A stretch of DNA of 64,000 nt from Dendrobates tinctorius (taxonomy: Eukaryota): positions 21,638,001 through 21,702,000 of the forward strand of contig NW_027361677.1 in assembly GCF_039654945.1 (NCBI RefSeq). Direction: 5' to 3'. Both the position numbers and the translations under genes were made by a program. This document shows positions 1 to 14,000 of the stretch, piece by piece; the first letter of the stretch is position 1, and each line of letters begins with the position of its first letter. Below the pieces are notes generated by a model, which was not told the DNA's origin, made no database searches, and saw only the letters and a program-made list of their open reading frames with translations.

Positions 1-1329
1 TTCAGTCAGGAGAAAATAAAAGGGTGTTCAGGAGAATCCTGAAAATCTCAGTCTTTGCTTGTGCTGTAAAATGCTGTAAACTTCTTATTTGCAGAAGAAA
101 AAGCTTCAGAAATTCTGCCTATGAACATGGCCAAGAGCGGCTTTTTAAAGTGCCAGCAAAACATATGAGATTTCTGAAATCTCCTGCATGCGCTTGTTTT
201 TTTTTCTGACTGAATTTCAGAACTGTAGCGCTTTTTATATCTGCAACGTGTCACTTCTTTCAGTGTGTTTTCACCTGTAGAAAGCAATGAAAGAATATAA
301 GAAAGAAAAATGCAGATATTGAACGGCATTTTTCGCTGCAATTTTTTAAGTGGTTTTGGTGAATTAAACTATTAGGTCTCGTTTACATGTTTAGTATTTG
401 GTCAGTATTTCACATCAGGATTAGTAATGCAGAAACAGCAGTGGAACAATGAGAGGAAAAGTATAGTAGAAACGCAGCACCACTTCTGGATTTATCACCC
501 TCCTGGTTTTGACTTGCACATACTGATGTGAAATACTGACCGAATACTCAACGTGTGAACGTGGCCTTACACATACTGCAGACAAAGCAAACATCCTCAC
601 TTTAAAAAAAGCTGAAAAAAGTATAAAGAAAACAAGCAACGCAACAGAACAGGTTTTGGCTACTGAAAAAATGCTTGTGAACATAGCCATAGCGTTTCAG
701 AGTAAGACTATCTGTGGTGTTACATAGGACTGCAGGTGACATGTACTACATTATCTGTTCTCAAAGAGTTATCACTGTGCTATCTGTGGTGTTACATAGG
801 ATGAGGTCACAGTCATGTGACTAGTCACATGAGCCGGGGAGGGCTTCTGTTCTGCAGTGTGCTGTGCTGAGGGAATTGTATGGCGATCGGTACACACTCC
901 TTTCTGAATTGACATGTGGGCACGGTGGCTGATTCGCAGTGCGGGAAAACTACAATCCCGGCTGGGATAGCGGGTGGGAATGTCAAAATCGGGACTGTCC
1001 CGCTGGATCCAGGACAGTTGGGAGCCCTGCTGTGCTATCTGCAGTGTTAAAAAAAAAATTAAGAGGGGGTTGGGTTACAACTCTTTGTCTTGGGGCTTGG
1101 GCCCCCCAATCTTTTCTGACCATAGCAACGCTCCTGTGTAATGCTAATAGTGGCAGACCCGTTGACTGATATAAGGCCCCTGAATATGAGGGCCACAGTG
1201 CCAGCACAGGTCCCTCTGCCACCTGTATCCGCATACTGCTCATGTAATGTAACCTAAGTGTGTGATTTTACAATGTTAACATTTGGGGCCCCACTTTAAA
1301 CTTTTGCCTAGGGCCCCACTTTGTCTAAA

Positions 1330-2530
1330 ACCGGCCCTGCTCGTCGGTCCAGTGCTCCTGCTGCCATTTTTCTTCATCTCAGTTCCCATGTTTTTGTGCA
1401 TAGTGGAGACACTTGGCCTTGTTCCCATGTGGAAGGTACGGGCTTTTTGGCTGCAATTCTTCCATGAAGACCACTTTTGCTAAGACTTCTCCAAACAATA
1501 GATGGATGTAGCTTGGTCTTCCTCAGTTGGTGCCAGTTCTGAAGTGATGGCACTGCTGGACAAATTCAGATTTTGAAGGGAAATAACATGATATGTCTTT
1601 CATCTGCTGCACTAAGTTACTTTGGCCGACCACTGCATCTACGATCTTCAGCGTTGCCCGTTTCTTGGTGTACTCCATAACTATCAGTAAGAACTATCTT
1701 CAGAGAAGTACAAGGAGTCCTGGGAGTGATGATACGGCCTGAGAGAGCCCTGATCTCATCATCATCGAGTCTGGGATCACATGAAGAGACAGAAGTATCT
1801 GCACAAGCAACATCCACAGAAGATCTGAGGTCTGTTCTCCAAGATGTTTTGAACAACCTCCTGCCGAGTTCCTTAAAAAACTGTGGGTAAGGGCCCTGTT
1901 ACACACAACGATACTGTGAACGATATCGTTGCAACGTCACCAGTTTGGTGACGTTGCAGCGATGTCGAAATGACATTGTTGCATGTGACACGTAGCAACG
2001 ATCAGTTGGCTGATCGTTAATTGTTGCCTAATGGTCTGGGCCATAAATCTATCATTTGTCTCCTGCTGGGCAGCACACATCGCTGCGTGTGACAGCGAGA
2101 GACCAACGATCAGCGAGTTCCCAGCACCATACAGCAGACTCTGGGAGCTGGTATCCAGGGTAAACAGCGGGTAACTAAGCGCCGCGCTGTTTACCCTGGA
2201 TACCAGCGTGCTCGCTGATCCTGATCGCTGGTGAGTCTGCCTATGTGACAGCTCACCAGCGTTCAGCTAACTATGTCCCAGCGATCCCATCCACGTCGGA
2301 TCGTTGGGACATTGAAGCGTGTAACGAGGCCTTTAGTGACAAGTTCCTAGAAGAACAGATTGTGTTTTAAAGGCGAAGGGCAGTCACGAAATATTGATTT
2401 GATTTAGATTTCTTTTATTTATTCACTTAGCATTTTGTTTTTAAAGCTTTCTTACTTTGCATCATTTTTTTTTCCAAACCCACTGATGTCTTTGGGACTG
2501 GTCTACAGCCTTATGTTTATGGCTGTCTCC
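1330..2530. mobile_element. Degraded Tc1/mariner-like fragments interrupted by a MITE
   Basis: Resembles Tc1 transposase and 3' end remnants (e.g. ...AAGGCGAAGGGCAGTCACGAAATATTGATTTGATTTAGATT). No intact ORF; boundaries approximate. Confidence 0.4.
1891..2332. mobile_element. PIF/Harbinger-like MITE
   Basis: Imperfect TIR GGGCCCTGTTACAC / GTGTAACGAGGCCT, flanked by TAA/TTA; CpG-rich internal repeats. Confidence 0.7.
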
Positions 2531-3650
2531 AAGGGCAGATCTTTTGGGGTTGGACAAAGGATTGAGCAGTTGGATTTTAACATGTCCAATCCTTTTATTC
2601 TCAGGGGAGATAAACTGGCTCTCTAAGGGTCTAACCAAGACTTATTCACCTCTCACCTTTCTGAACAAAGAGAGACTCCATGTGTATGGAAGGGATTGGT
2701 GAAACGGTTAAGGCCAAACGGTCACTAATGTGTATGACCAGCTTAGGAATAGATCTTCCTCTGGTGGACCTGGATGTCCATTTATTTCAATGGCTGACTT
2801 GTGAGACTAATGGGGATATGTGAACTTCTAAACTTTATTTTTACAGCCTTGGAGATGCCCTTTAAATGGTATCAGAAATATAGGGGGTGACCGTATCCCC
2901 ATCTGATGCACCCTGCAGCATCTACATGCAGTTCATTATAAGATCACTATGGTTTTAGGCTTTGAAGCTTCTGATCCTGACTTTAGAAGTTCAAGCCGTA
3001 GACCTGTAACCTGTCATTAGGTGCCCCCTCCTCGTCATACCGTGCTTTTGAAGACTCTTTGTTCCTTTAGATGTTCCCTTGCAGGTAGCTTTTTCATTTC
3101 CTCCTTTTCTTCATTACCCTGATAATTAGTAAGACTATTTGACAATCCCACAAAACTCTTTTTCTTTCTAACATTAATAGGAGTATAGAGGATCTGACCT
3201 CCGCGATACGCGTGACCTCCTCAGAAACAATTCTGGATCCAAATGTAACAAATTTTAACTCCAATGGGACAAAATAAGACCAATAAAACCACATTTGACC
3301 TGGTAAGATTGGCAGCATGGCTGCCGGGTGACAGGTCTTTTTCTGACTGCTAAGTTTAGAACAATTCATCTGAGAATTGAGGTTTGCAGAAAATAAAAAA
3401 AAATCAGCCCTGCACCTCTAAATAAGAGGATTCGACAAATGTAGCCGTAATTTTGGACATAGGGTGCCATAAGTAATGCTTAAAAGTTTGAGAACTTTTG
3501 CAGAAAGTAAAGTGAGTATATAATTAAAGTCATTACTGCCCGTAGGTCCGCTAGAGTTGGCACTGGTGGAGTGGCATGTGTTGACTTGGTGCTGCAGTTA
3601 TGTGTGGGCGTCCCTACTTACTTTCTCTCTGCTTTATTCCTTTGGCACAG

Positions 3651-6600
3651 ATGCCTGGACGGCTGAAGACGGCCCTGAAGATCCTAGGCACAAGCCTGTT
3701 TGCAGTGCTGGTGCTGGGGGGCATCCTCGCTGCTTATGTGACCGGGTACCAGTTTATACACACTGACCGCCATCACCTCTCCTTCGGGCTGTATGGAGCT
3801 ATTTTGGGGCTTCACCTCCTCACTCAGAGTCTTTTCGCTTATTTGGAGCACAAACAAATGCGGAAAGGTGGCGAGGGTCTTGTCGGGACCTCCAGGGTGG
3901 CACTGTGCATTGCGGCCTATCAAGAAGACCCCGAGTACCTAAGGAAATGTCTGCAGTCGGCACGACGGATCTCCTACCCGCACCTCCGAGTCGTCATGGT
4001 CATTGACGGGAACTCGGAAGACGATAGGTACATGATGGACATTTTCCGAGAGGTCATGGGATCAGAGGGCACATGCTGCTATGTGTGGGACAACAACTAC
4101 CACGATGCCCAAGAAGGCGGGCAGGAGGGCGAGCGGGGGGTGCAGGAGCTGGTGCAGAACTTCCCGTACACTTGTATCATGCAGAAATGGGGAGGAAAGC
4201 GAGAAGTGATGTACACCGCCTTCCGGGCTCTTGCCGATAGTGTGGATTATGTGCAGGTAAGAAACTGCAGATTATTTCCGCATGTTCACACAGCGCAATT
4301 GCTACGTACAACTTTAAGGACTGACCCTTTTGTACTACTCACCTGATGCCCAATATATCACTAATGTGCCCTTACACCTTAGAGTCTGGTGACAGTATTC
4401 CTCCCAACCTCCCCATACACATGGACGCTCACTTTAGCTGAGCATGCATGTGCTTTTGTTGACTAGAAGGGAGCAAGCAGCTAACAGACACCTCTGATGC
4501 CATTTCTCAGGGGTGCCAACGTTGTCTTTCTGGGGAGAGTAAATGCCTCATCAAAATTAGTGGGTTTGGCCAACATTAATCTAAGGCTATGCTCACACAG
4601 AGGTTTCTGAGGCGGTAAAAAGCAAAAAAAATTTTCTTAAGTGAAAACTGCTTTATTAAGCGCTCAGTTTTTAGAGGAGCCCCCCCGGAACAGTTTTTTT
4701 TGGCGGCCTTGTGATCGGACAGTGGTTAGATTGGAGGTTTCCGCTTTATCTTTTTCCACCAGGCGTTATTTAAAACCTCTTCAGGAAAAAAAAGCTCCAA
4801 AAACACATCATATGAACAGTAAGGATATTTTTTTATGGTTTTTCGGAGCAGAAACTAAGCGGAAACTCATAGTTTTTCTTAGAAGTTTTTAAATTTGCAG
4901 GAGGATTTGGAGAGTTTTCTCTCCAAAAACTCTTTGAAACAACAAGTGTACACAATGCCTAAAGAGGATTAGCCGTAGAATTGAATAGGAAGAGTTTTCC
5001 AAGTATTTTTGAAGTAGTTTCTTCTCCAAAAAACCTCTGTGCATGTGGATGTAAAGCAATGTCCTCCCTCACGTCTTGTGATCCTGAGACCTTGTGCGTT
5101 GTCATTCCCGTCAGCCATAATATAGATATACTGACCGTGAACACTCGTGTTCTGTCCTTCACCGAAAGGTAACAGATTAGAGGAACATATGAGAATGTAG
5201 GAACATTCAAAATCGTAATGAAAACGCTACTAAAAATGTAGTAACATCACAGACACTTTTTTTGGTACAGTTTTCTGCCGGTACGTGTGAACGTACCCCT
5301 AGCTAACAGTGTATAGTCAGTGTCACAGTTTCTGCGAGTTGCATGCAGATTTTGTGGCAGATGTGGCTCTAATTTCACACCTTGCAGTCTTAAGGCCCCG
5401 TCTCACATAGCGAGATTGCTAAATGCGTCACCGATTTTGTGACGCAACAGCGATCTCGCTACATGTGACACATAGCGGCGACCGCCCCCCTGCCGGATAT
5501 CACGGATCGTGCTCGAATGTCCTGGGCCATTTTTTCATCGTCGGTGTCCCGCTGGCCAGCATGCATCGCTGTGTTTGACGCCGACGAGCGACCTAGTTGG
5601 CGACGCAGAACTCAGGGACGCAGGCTGGAATCGTTCAGAATAGCTGCTGTGTGACAACGCACCAGTGATCCTTACCAGGTCGTATCGTTATCGGGATCGC
5701 TGGTGCGTTGTTGAAGAGATCTGCCTGTTTGACATCTTACTAGCGATCATTTAGCGACGCACCAGCGATCCTTACCAGGTCGTATCGCTGTCGGGATCAC
5801 TTGTGCGTCGCTATGTGAAACGGGACCCTTAGTTGCAAAAAATTTCTGCACCTGAAAAATCAGTTCCATTGAATGGGAGAGTTGCAAAAATGTCTGCAAT
5901 AAATTCCACAGCAAATATGCAATGTATGACCACAACCTTCATCAATACGAAAAAGGATCGGGGGAAATGGCACATTTCACACATTACTTTGCATAGGGTA
6001 AAATTTCCAAATTTGCACCTAAATCTGCAGCATAAATTGACAGACTACAGATCCCAAACCTGTGACTCCGGTAAATTAAGGTGATGGAGATATTTCCCAG
6101 TATGTGCATGAGATCTCTTAAATGTTGATGCGCTATGCCGCCACTGTAGAACGCAACGGATTTCCGGAAAGTGAATACTCGGGACAATCTGCTGTGTTTT
6201 TGCACAGTAAAAGCCTTGAAATCTGCCTCAAAGGTCAATTTCTGTGCAGAAGTTTTCAGCAATGTGTAGATGAAAGCTCATCTGCTTAGTTCATACTGTA
6301 ATTTTATGAGAAAATCTGCACCAAAGACAGACAGTTGCATTTTTAGGTTTATGTTTTGGCAATTCAAAAAATGCATTAAAAAAAAATCTACATCAAATCC
6401 GCACCAAAAATAAAAAAACATAAAAAAGTACAAAACTACAATTTGACAGCAACAAAGCAGCATTCCTGCTCCTGGGGAACATGGCCTAAGACTGTACCAA
6501 CCGATTCATGTTAGTGATTTGAAAAAATGAATTTTCCACTTCCCAATTCCCCATCACCAATTCATGCTTTCTTTTACCCCTGGCTGTAGGTTTGTGATTC

Positions 6601-7786
6601 CGACACAGTACTTGATCCGGCGTGTACCGCAGAGATGCTGCGTATATTGGAGGAGGACAGTAAAGTTGGTGGGGTTGGAGGAGACGTGCAGGTGAGAAGT
6701 TTTCTGCTTTCTGCAGTCACAACTTTTATATTTGGTATAGTCAGGGTCATCATCAATCTTCACATAATGGTACCAACGCATTTCGCACTTTTTATTTTTG
6801 CAACTTAATCACAAGTTTAACTCAACTCCACCATAATGTCCTTCTCTCCCACACAGATATTGAACAAATACGACTCCTGGATCTCCTTCCTGAGCAGCGT
6901 CCGGTACTGGATGGCATTTAATGTAGAACGAGCTTGCCAGTCCTACTTCGGCTGCGTCCAGTGCATTAGTGGTCCGTTGGGGATGTATCGGAACAGCCTT
7001 CTGCAGTACTTCTTGGAAGACTGGTACCATCAAACCTTCCTGGGTCAGAAGTGCAGCTTCGGAGACGACCGACATCTCACCAATCGAGTGTTGAGCATGG
7101 GTTACAGGACTAAGTATACAGCACGCTCCAAGTGCCTGACTGAGACCCCCACCAAGTATTTGCGCTGGTTGAACCAGCAGACCCGGTGGAGTAAGTCCTA
7201 TTTTCGGGAATGGTTATACAACGCGCTTTGGTTCCACAAGCATCACCTATGGATGACCTACGAGTCTGTGGTCACCGGCTTCTTCCCTTTCTTTTTGGTG
7301 GCCACAGTGGTGCAGCTCTTTTACCGTGGTCGTATCTGGAACATAATGCTTTTTCTTCTGACCGTCCAGCTCGTGGGCATAGTGAAGGCAACCTACGCCT
7401 GCTTCCTACGTGGCAATGCTGAAATGATCTTTATGTCTTTGTATTCTCTCCTCTACATGACCAGCCTCCTACCCGCTAAGATTTTCGCGGTGCTCACCAT
7501 CAACAAGTCAGGATGGGGAACGTCAGGGAGGAGGAAATTGGTGGTGAACTTCATGGGTATGGTGCCGGTGTCCGTCTGGTTCTGCGTCCTCTTGGGTGGT
7601 CTTGTGTATACAGCATACTGCCAAAGTCAGGATCCCTTCACCGAGACTGAACTCTTATTCCTGGTGACTGGAGGCATCCTTTATGGCTGCTACTGGCTGG
7701 CATTGCTCAGCTTGTACCTGGCAATAGTCGCAAGGCGGTGCGGGAAGAAGCAGGAGCTGTATAGCTTGGCATTGTCGGAAGTGTGA
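3651..7786 (+). CDS. has3: Hyaluronan synthase 3; coding exons 3651-4256, 6590-6691, 6857-7786 (545 aa)
   Basis: Spliced translation [17 protein letters not shown]...[19 protein letters not shown]...[34 protein letters not shown]...GDDRHLTNR...QQTRW shows HAS family motifs. GT-AG junctions are all phase 0 (606+102+930 nt). Position next to CHTF8 identifies it as HAS3. Confidence 0.97.
5393..5828. mobile_element. PIF/Harbinger-like MITE in HAS3 intron
   Basis: TIR AGGCCCCGTCTCACATAGCGA / TCGCTATGTGAAACGGGACCC with TTA target-site duplication (5390-5392, 5829-5831). Confidence 0.85.
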
Positions 7787-9718
7787 ATGGAAACCGTTTT
7801 ATAGATTATTGAGGATATGGCGGAGTCAACCAAATATAAGACTGGTAGGCCTTGCTTCCAAAATGGTAGAAGTGCGGTCCTATTTGAGGGTCAGTTCTCA
7901 CCAGCAATGTCTTACTATGCAAACATATACCTCAGGCAAATCGAAAAAGAAAGAGAGCAATTTGCCAAAGCAATACGAGCCATAATCGGCACAGCCTTAA
8001 CATATCCGTAAAATGTTGTAACGGTACGGTGCCACAAACCTGCAACTGTGAGAAAGTTCTACGAAGCCCCACCGCCGGCGGGAAGAGGCTACTCAAACGA
8101 CGCTATCCATAACCCATGCCAAAAATTACCGTAAAATCCTGCAGGACGATAAAAGGACACGTCTCTCCTACCAGGCTGTCGAGATGATTATTCCCAGCAT
8201 GAATGAGATTTGCATGGCATTACATTTTGGGGATGTGATCGCTGTGGTAATTCTCTAATAACACAGGGATTAGTGCAATAAGATCCATGTATTATCCCCT
8301 GCCTCCATATTTATAGATGGGGGTATATAAACAGCAATGGCACAATATCTTTTATTTATGGTGTACTCACGTATTCATATCTAGTTTTGGGAAGGCCACT
8401 GACCATAAAGGATGCCATTGACATGAATGATTGACCATCTAATGTGTATAGTGGTGCTCTGACTATCCCCGACAGCATAGGATTACGCAGCGCCTCTCGT
8501 TTTTACATTGGGTATTAGGTAGGGGACAGTTGCAGTATACGTGCCATGGTATCGCCTTGCGAGCATCAGGGACTCTCAATGCCCTATGCAGAAATGAGAA
8601 GCACTTCACAACCCCTTTGTGTTGGATCTTTTGTTCTCAGGTATAATGGAGGCTTATTTCTCTTTCCCATGGACACTTGGCTTAGTGGTCATGCGTTTGT
8701 ATAAAGGGGGTAAGCAGCACTAGCGGTGGGCCTAACGGATCAATCAGCTCTAATCTGTCTTCTGTGTTTCACAGTCCATGCACGGCCATCTTTGGGTCTC
8801 ATATATGCCTATGAGTCTGCTAGGTCAAATCCAGTCGGAAAACTGGACTCGGTGCAAAGCTATGAAATGCAGATGTTTGAAGCAGGCCTTTAGGCTAAAT
8901 TCACACGTAGAGTATCTGAAGCAAAATTGTGCGGATTCACTGCAGCTTTCACCCTTTTGCATTTAAAAGTGTTCATGAAATCTGCACAAAGAATTGACCT
9001 ATTGCAGACTTTAACGTCAGCCCCTTGGGTTAATTTCTATGCAAACATACCTATCAGTGTCCACAGATTGTATCACTATCATTAAGATGTGCAGATAAAC
9101 ATCAGATTCTTCTGTCCACCTTCCATGGGTATAATCTGCGATGCACAAAGCTTATGGTGGATACACTCAGACCCGCCTCATATAACATCTCCTTAACAGT
9201 AGAATGATGTATCATCCCTTTATGCTGTGGCTATGCAATCCCCCCCACATAAGTGCAACTTGAACATTTGCTCAGGGCTATGTCTCATCTCCCATGCTTC
9301 TATGTTTTCTGGTTTACAAGGAATATGCATCGTATATATGACACCAGCAGCCTCGGCTCCAGCTCTCAGGGTTTCCTAGATACAGGCGAGGGTTGGGTCG
9401 GTCCTATTACATGTAATTTAGAGTAATATGTGGACGATTCAACAGCTTCACGCTGTATAAAAAGGGTTGGGCAGAGATCGATCGTGTTTTGCAGGTTCCA
9501 TTTTCATCCGTCCTCGGTAGTCTTCCACCACGTGCCATAAAGCAAACTCTATGCACATGGCTGGATTCGGGACGGTCTCTGCATGCAGCATGAACAAGGA
9601 CAAGTTCCAGGGTCCACGTTAGTACGTTTTAACTTTGTACAAGTTTGGAATCTTTTACAAAAATGTATTTATTTTGTGATTTGCATTTTGGAAATCGTTC
9701 TTTTTACAATGTTCATAG

Positions 9719-9724
9719 AATAAA
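9719..9724 (+). terminator. Candidate HAS3 polyadenylation signal AATAAA
   Basis: Canonical hexamer ~1.9 kb after the HAS3 stop, preceded by U-rich/TGTA elements. No transcript support. Confidence 0.4.
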
Positions 9725-11017
9725 AAGACGGATTCAGAAAAGACAATGTTCTTCTCCGCACACCATACTGGACCAGCAGAGTCGCAAGGTGTAGATTCTG
9801 CAGACATGATCCAATCACCCATAACATATTCCTACACAGGAGTATCTCACGCAACGTTCCTATAGTCCTTAATGACTCATTATGACTTATGACCCTGCAT
9901 GATCATATCGGTGTGTTTTTGCCACCCTGGTATCAATGGATCAGCACAAAAGGTTCATCCATGCTTTAGGGGTTCTTTCTCCAACTGCATAAGAAGCCTG
10001 AGGTCTAGAGAAAGACAGACCTACAGGAAAAAGTGTTGTGCCTGTGTTACAGCCGAATGTCCAAGCCAAAGTGCGAGTTAAAGGGGTTCTCTGGCACCAC
10101 TCATTTCTGCACTGATCCCCAATGCCTGTCTGGACATGTGCATGACCAGCAGATATTGTCGACACGTCCCTGCAGGCATCCGACTACACAGCTCACCTGT
10201 TGTTTTAGTGTGCAGTGCTAGAGAGCCTCTTTTGGCCAGATATCTGACAATAGGCTTTAACTCTTTTCTGTATTGCCACGTGGACTTCATCGAGGAGGGT
10301 CCATCCGGTCTATTACACAGAATGGTTATAGCAGTCCTGGTCCCTTATTACCCATAAATTTTAATTATTTAATACAAGTGAGGGTTGGTTTTCTTTATAG
10401 CAAAACATATTATACATTTTGGATACAAAAATCAGAAAATTGAAGCAAAAAAAAAAGAAAACTTTCTTTTTTTTACAAAACGCATCACTACTATGCTCAG
10501 TGCCCCATTACTGGACCTGTGAGATTAATATTTCCTGGGAATTGAAGATCTCAGTAATGGGTGTAAGAAATAGTCCTCCTACTAAAAAGTAGCAGTTAAC
10601 AGGGTTGCCCAGCTCAAACACGTTCTAGGTGGTAACTTATTGATAAAGAATGAATAAGAGTGGCTGTCGGGGGTGTGACCTGCTGCCCCATCTATTAAAA
10701 GGATAAAAGTTCCCATATTGGTTCGTTTCCAGACGTTCAGACCCAAGTAAGTTATGACCTAGATTGTAAACATTAGATAACTTGTTTTCCCTGGACAACC
10801 CCTAGAGAATTCCCACTGACTAAACATTTTACAGGTGCCCTAACAAATACATGATGCGATTTCACCTACTCGGTGGTCTTAGGTGTGCCAACTGGGGAGT
10901 TGGAGGAATATGACAGACTGCAAATCAAGGCTCACATCTCCTGGTCCCTAAGGAGTCCAGGGTTGCAGACGAAGTTCTGCTCCACCACACTGCACCACAC
11001 TGCCCGTCTCCTGCTCC

Positions 11018-14000
11018 TCACACCTTCTTGGGCACATTAGTGATGATGGGTTTTGGGCGGGTTTTAAAAATGATCTTCCTCTTAATCAGCGCGGTGACAT
11101 TGTATTTTGTCTCTGTCACATCTCCCGTGTCCATTGCGTCTGATGAGGAGGACCTGGTGCTCTTCACCAGAACTGCAAACGGCTTCTCAAGACGAACAAC
11201 TTTACCGTATAAGATGTGATGTCCGATGATAAGAACAGGAACCCCCTGGAGAAGAACAATACAAAATAGCAATAAGCTCAGGGGAGGAGAAATATATGTC
11301 CTCCGTATATAGAGTATTCATTAAAATGTTGCACTGGGCACCTCCGTGTGATATGGCATTGCAGCGTGTAGATCACTGTAAAGAAAAAGTAGCCTGTGAT
11401 CTGAATATTGTGGATGCATATGACACCTAGTGGCTTCATATAGTATTACACTCAAACTCGATATACAGTGGAGAGAATATTTGATACACTGTCGATTTTG
11501 CAAGTTTTCCCACCTACAAAGAATGGAGAGGTCTGTAATTTTTATCATAGGTACACTTCACCTGTGAGAGACAGAACCTAAAAATAAAAAACAGTAAAGC
11601 ACATTGTATGATTTTTACATAATTAAATTGCATTTTATTGCATGAAATGAGTATTTGATCACCTAGCAACCGGTGAGAATTCTGTCTCTCACAGACCTGT
11701 TAGTTTTTCTTTAAGAAGCCTCCTACTCTGCACTCATTACCTGTATTAATTGCACCTGTTTGAACTCATTAGCTATATAAAAGACAACTGTCCACAAGTT
11801 CAATCACTCTCCAACCTTTCCACCATGGCCAAGACCAAAGATCTGTCTAAGGGATGACAATTGTAGACCTCCATAAGGCTGGGAAGCGCTGCAGGACAAC
11901 AGGCAAGCAGCTTGGTGAGAAGGCAACAACTGTTGGCACAAATATTAAAAAATGGAAGAAACACGAGATGACTGTCAATCTTCCTCGGTCCGGGGCTCCA
12001 TGTAAGATCTCGCCTCGTGGGATAAGTATGATTCTGATAAAAATCAAGACTCAGCCGAGAACTACACGGGAGGACCTGATTAATGACCTTAAGAGAGCTG
12101 GGACCACAGTCTCAAACATTACTGTTAGGTAACATACTACGCCATCATGGATTAAAATCCTGCAGGGCGCGCACATGTCCAGGCCCGTTTGAAGTTCACC
12201 AATGATTATCTGGATAATCCAGAGGAGGCATAGGAGAAGGTCATGTGGTCAGATGAGACCAAAATAGAACTTTTTGGTATCAACTCCACTCGCTATGATT
12301 GGAGGAAGAAGAAGGATGAGCACAATCCCCAAAACACCGTCCCGACTGTGAAGCATGGTGGGGAAACATTTAACTTTGTGGGCGCTTTTCATCAAAGAGG
12401 ACAGGATGACTGCACCGTATTGTAGTGAGGATGGATGGGGTCAAGTATCACAAGATTTTGGCCAACAACCTCCTTCCCTCAGTAAGAGCATTGAAGAGGG
12501 GTCATGGCTGGGTCTTCCAGCATGACAAAAAACAAAAACACAGCCAGGGCAACTAAGGAGTGGTTCCGTCAGAAGCATTTCAAGTTCCTGGAGTGGCCTA
12601 GCCAGTCTCCAGACCTGAACCCAAGAGAAAATCTGGAGGGAACTGAAACCCAATGAGGACACACTGAGGAAGAGGAGCCATGAACTCCTCGAAACACGTT
12701 GGTTAGTTTTTAGGTCACTACTGGCCTCCATACTTTTTTGTGAGGTCACGCTCTCTCCGAGTACCAGATGACATTTTTCTGCGGCTGGAGCGCTCCCGAT
12801 TCTACAGTGTGGACCTCAACCCCTAATACGATAGACTAAATATAGGACGGACACACTGCCGCAACTATTTCCATTCGGAACTCCACCATCTGTATATCGG
12901 TCCTTATTAGCAACAGCACAAGCACCTTCAGTGCCAGCTTAATTTGCAGTATATCAAATAATTATTTTCTCCACTGTAGATATACATTTTTTTTTCCACT
13001 TTTCCTGGTTTGAAAGCCCACAAATTAATAATTTTCCAGCAATTACCAACTATTACATCTCCAGGCACAAGTATCTGATAATACTGTGAGAGCGCCAACT
13101 TCACAGGATGCCAATAATCCTATTAATAGATTTTTGGGGTAGAAGATTCAACGCAGATCGTGAACTGGCACTGTTCACATCTGTGACACCATATCACCAA
13201 TGCTCTGCTGCTCTTTAGAGATATTTTGCTTTTTGTGCACTTGGACGCAGTGTGTCTTGCTGAGACTTGTACTTTTCTAACAGCTGAAAATAATAATTAA
13301 AAAAAAAAAAAAAAATACAGCCCACTGACAGCCTGTAGCCTGCCCACATATGGTCATTCAATCACAACGCTAACCTATGATAACCTATGAACCAGACAGG
13401 CCATCAATATGAGACCAGTGGGAGGTTTGATCACTGCCACCTCGATTAGCTGCTGATAATAGCAGAGCGGTGGGGGTGTTGGACCCCCACCAATTTAAAG
13501 ATTGGTCATCAATATTACATGTCCTGATAGCCTCTTTAGGGTATGTGCACACGTTGCGGATTCGTGTGCGGAATTTTCAGCGCAGAATCTGTTTTTTACA
13601 GATGTGGATTCCTATAATAGAATGGGTGTTAAAAATGCTGTGAAATCCGCACAAAGAATTGACATGCTGGGGAAGAAAACCCGCAGCATTTCCACGCTGA
13701 TTTTTCCGCAGCATGTGCACAGCGTTTTTTTTTCCCCATAGAATAGCATTGTACTGTACATCACTTGCAGATCCGCAGCGGCAAATCCTCTGCGGATCCG
13801 CAGCAAATCCGCAATGTGTGCACATACCCTCAAAGGAAATGCTTATTAGGCTGGCATTGCAGCCCATTAGTGTCGTGAGGTGACACAGGTAGCACTTGCT
13901 ATTGAAGCTGTGGTCACTGAGGGGTTAAACATCCCGGATCAGAGTTATTGGAAGGTCCCAGAAGATGAATTGATGGCTACTCTCTCACTTGTGGTTTTGC

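Noticed and set aside
820-1000. HAS3 promoter or non-coding first exon
   Set aside because: One ACTACAATCCC-like motif and mild GC enrichment, but no convincing exon or donor; cannot be supported.
8000-11245. DERPC-like alternative ORF in the CHTF8 last exon, as at the human locus
   Set aside because: No long minus-strand ORF follows; joining exon 1 directly to exon 3 hits a stop within ~30 codons of the junction.
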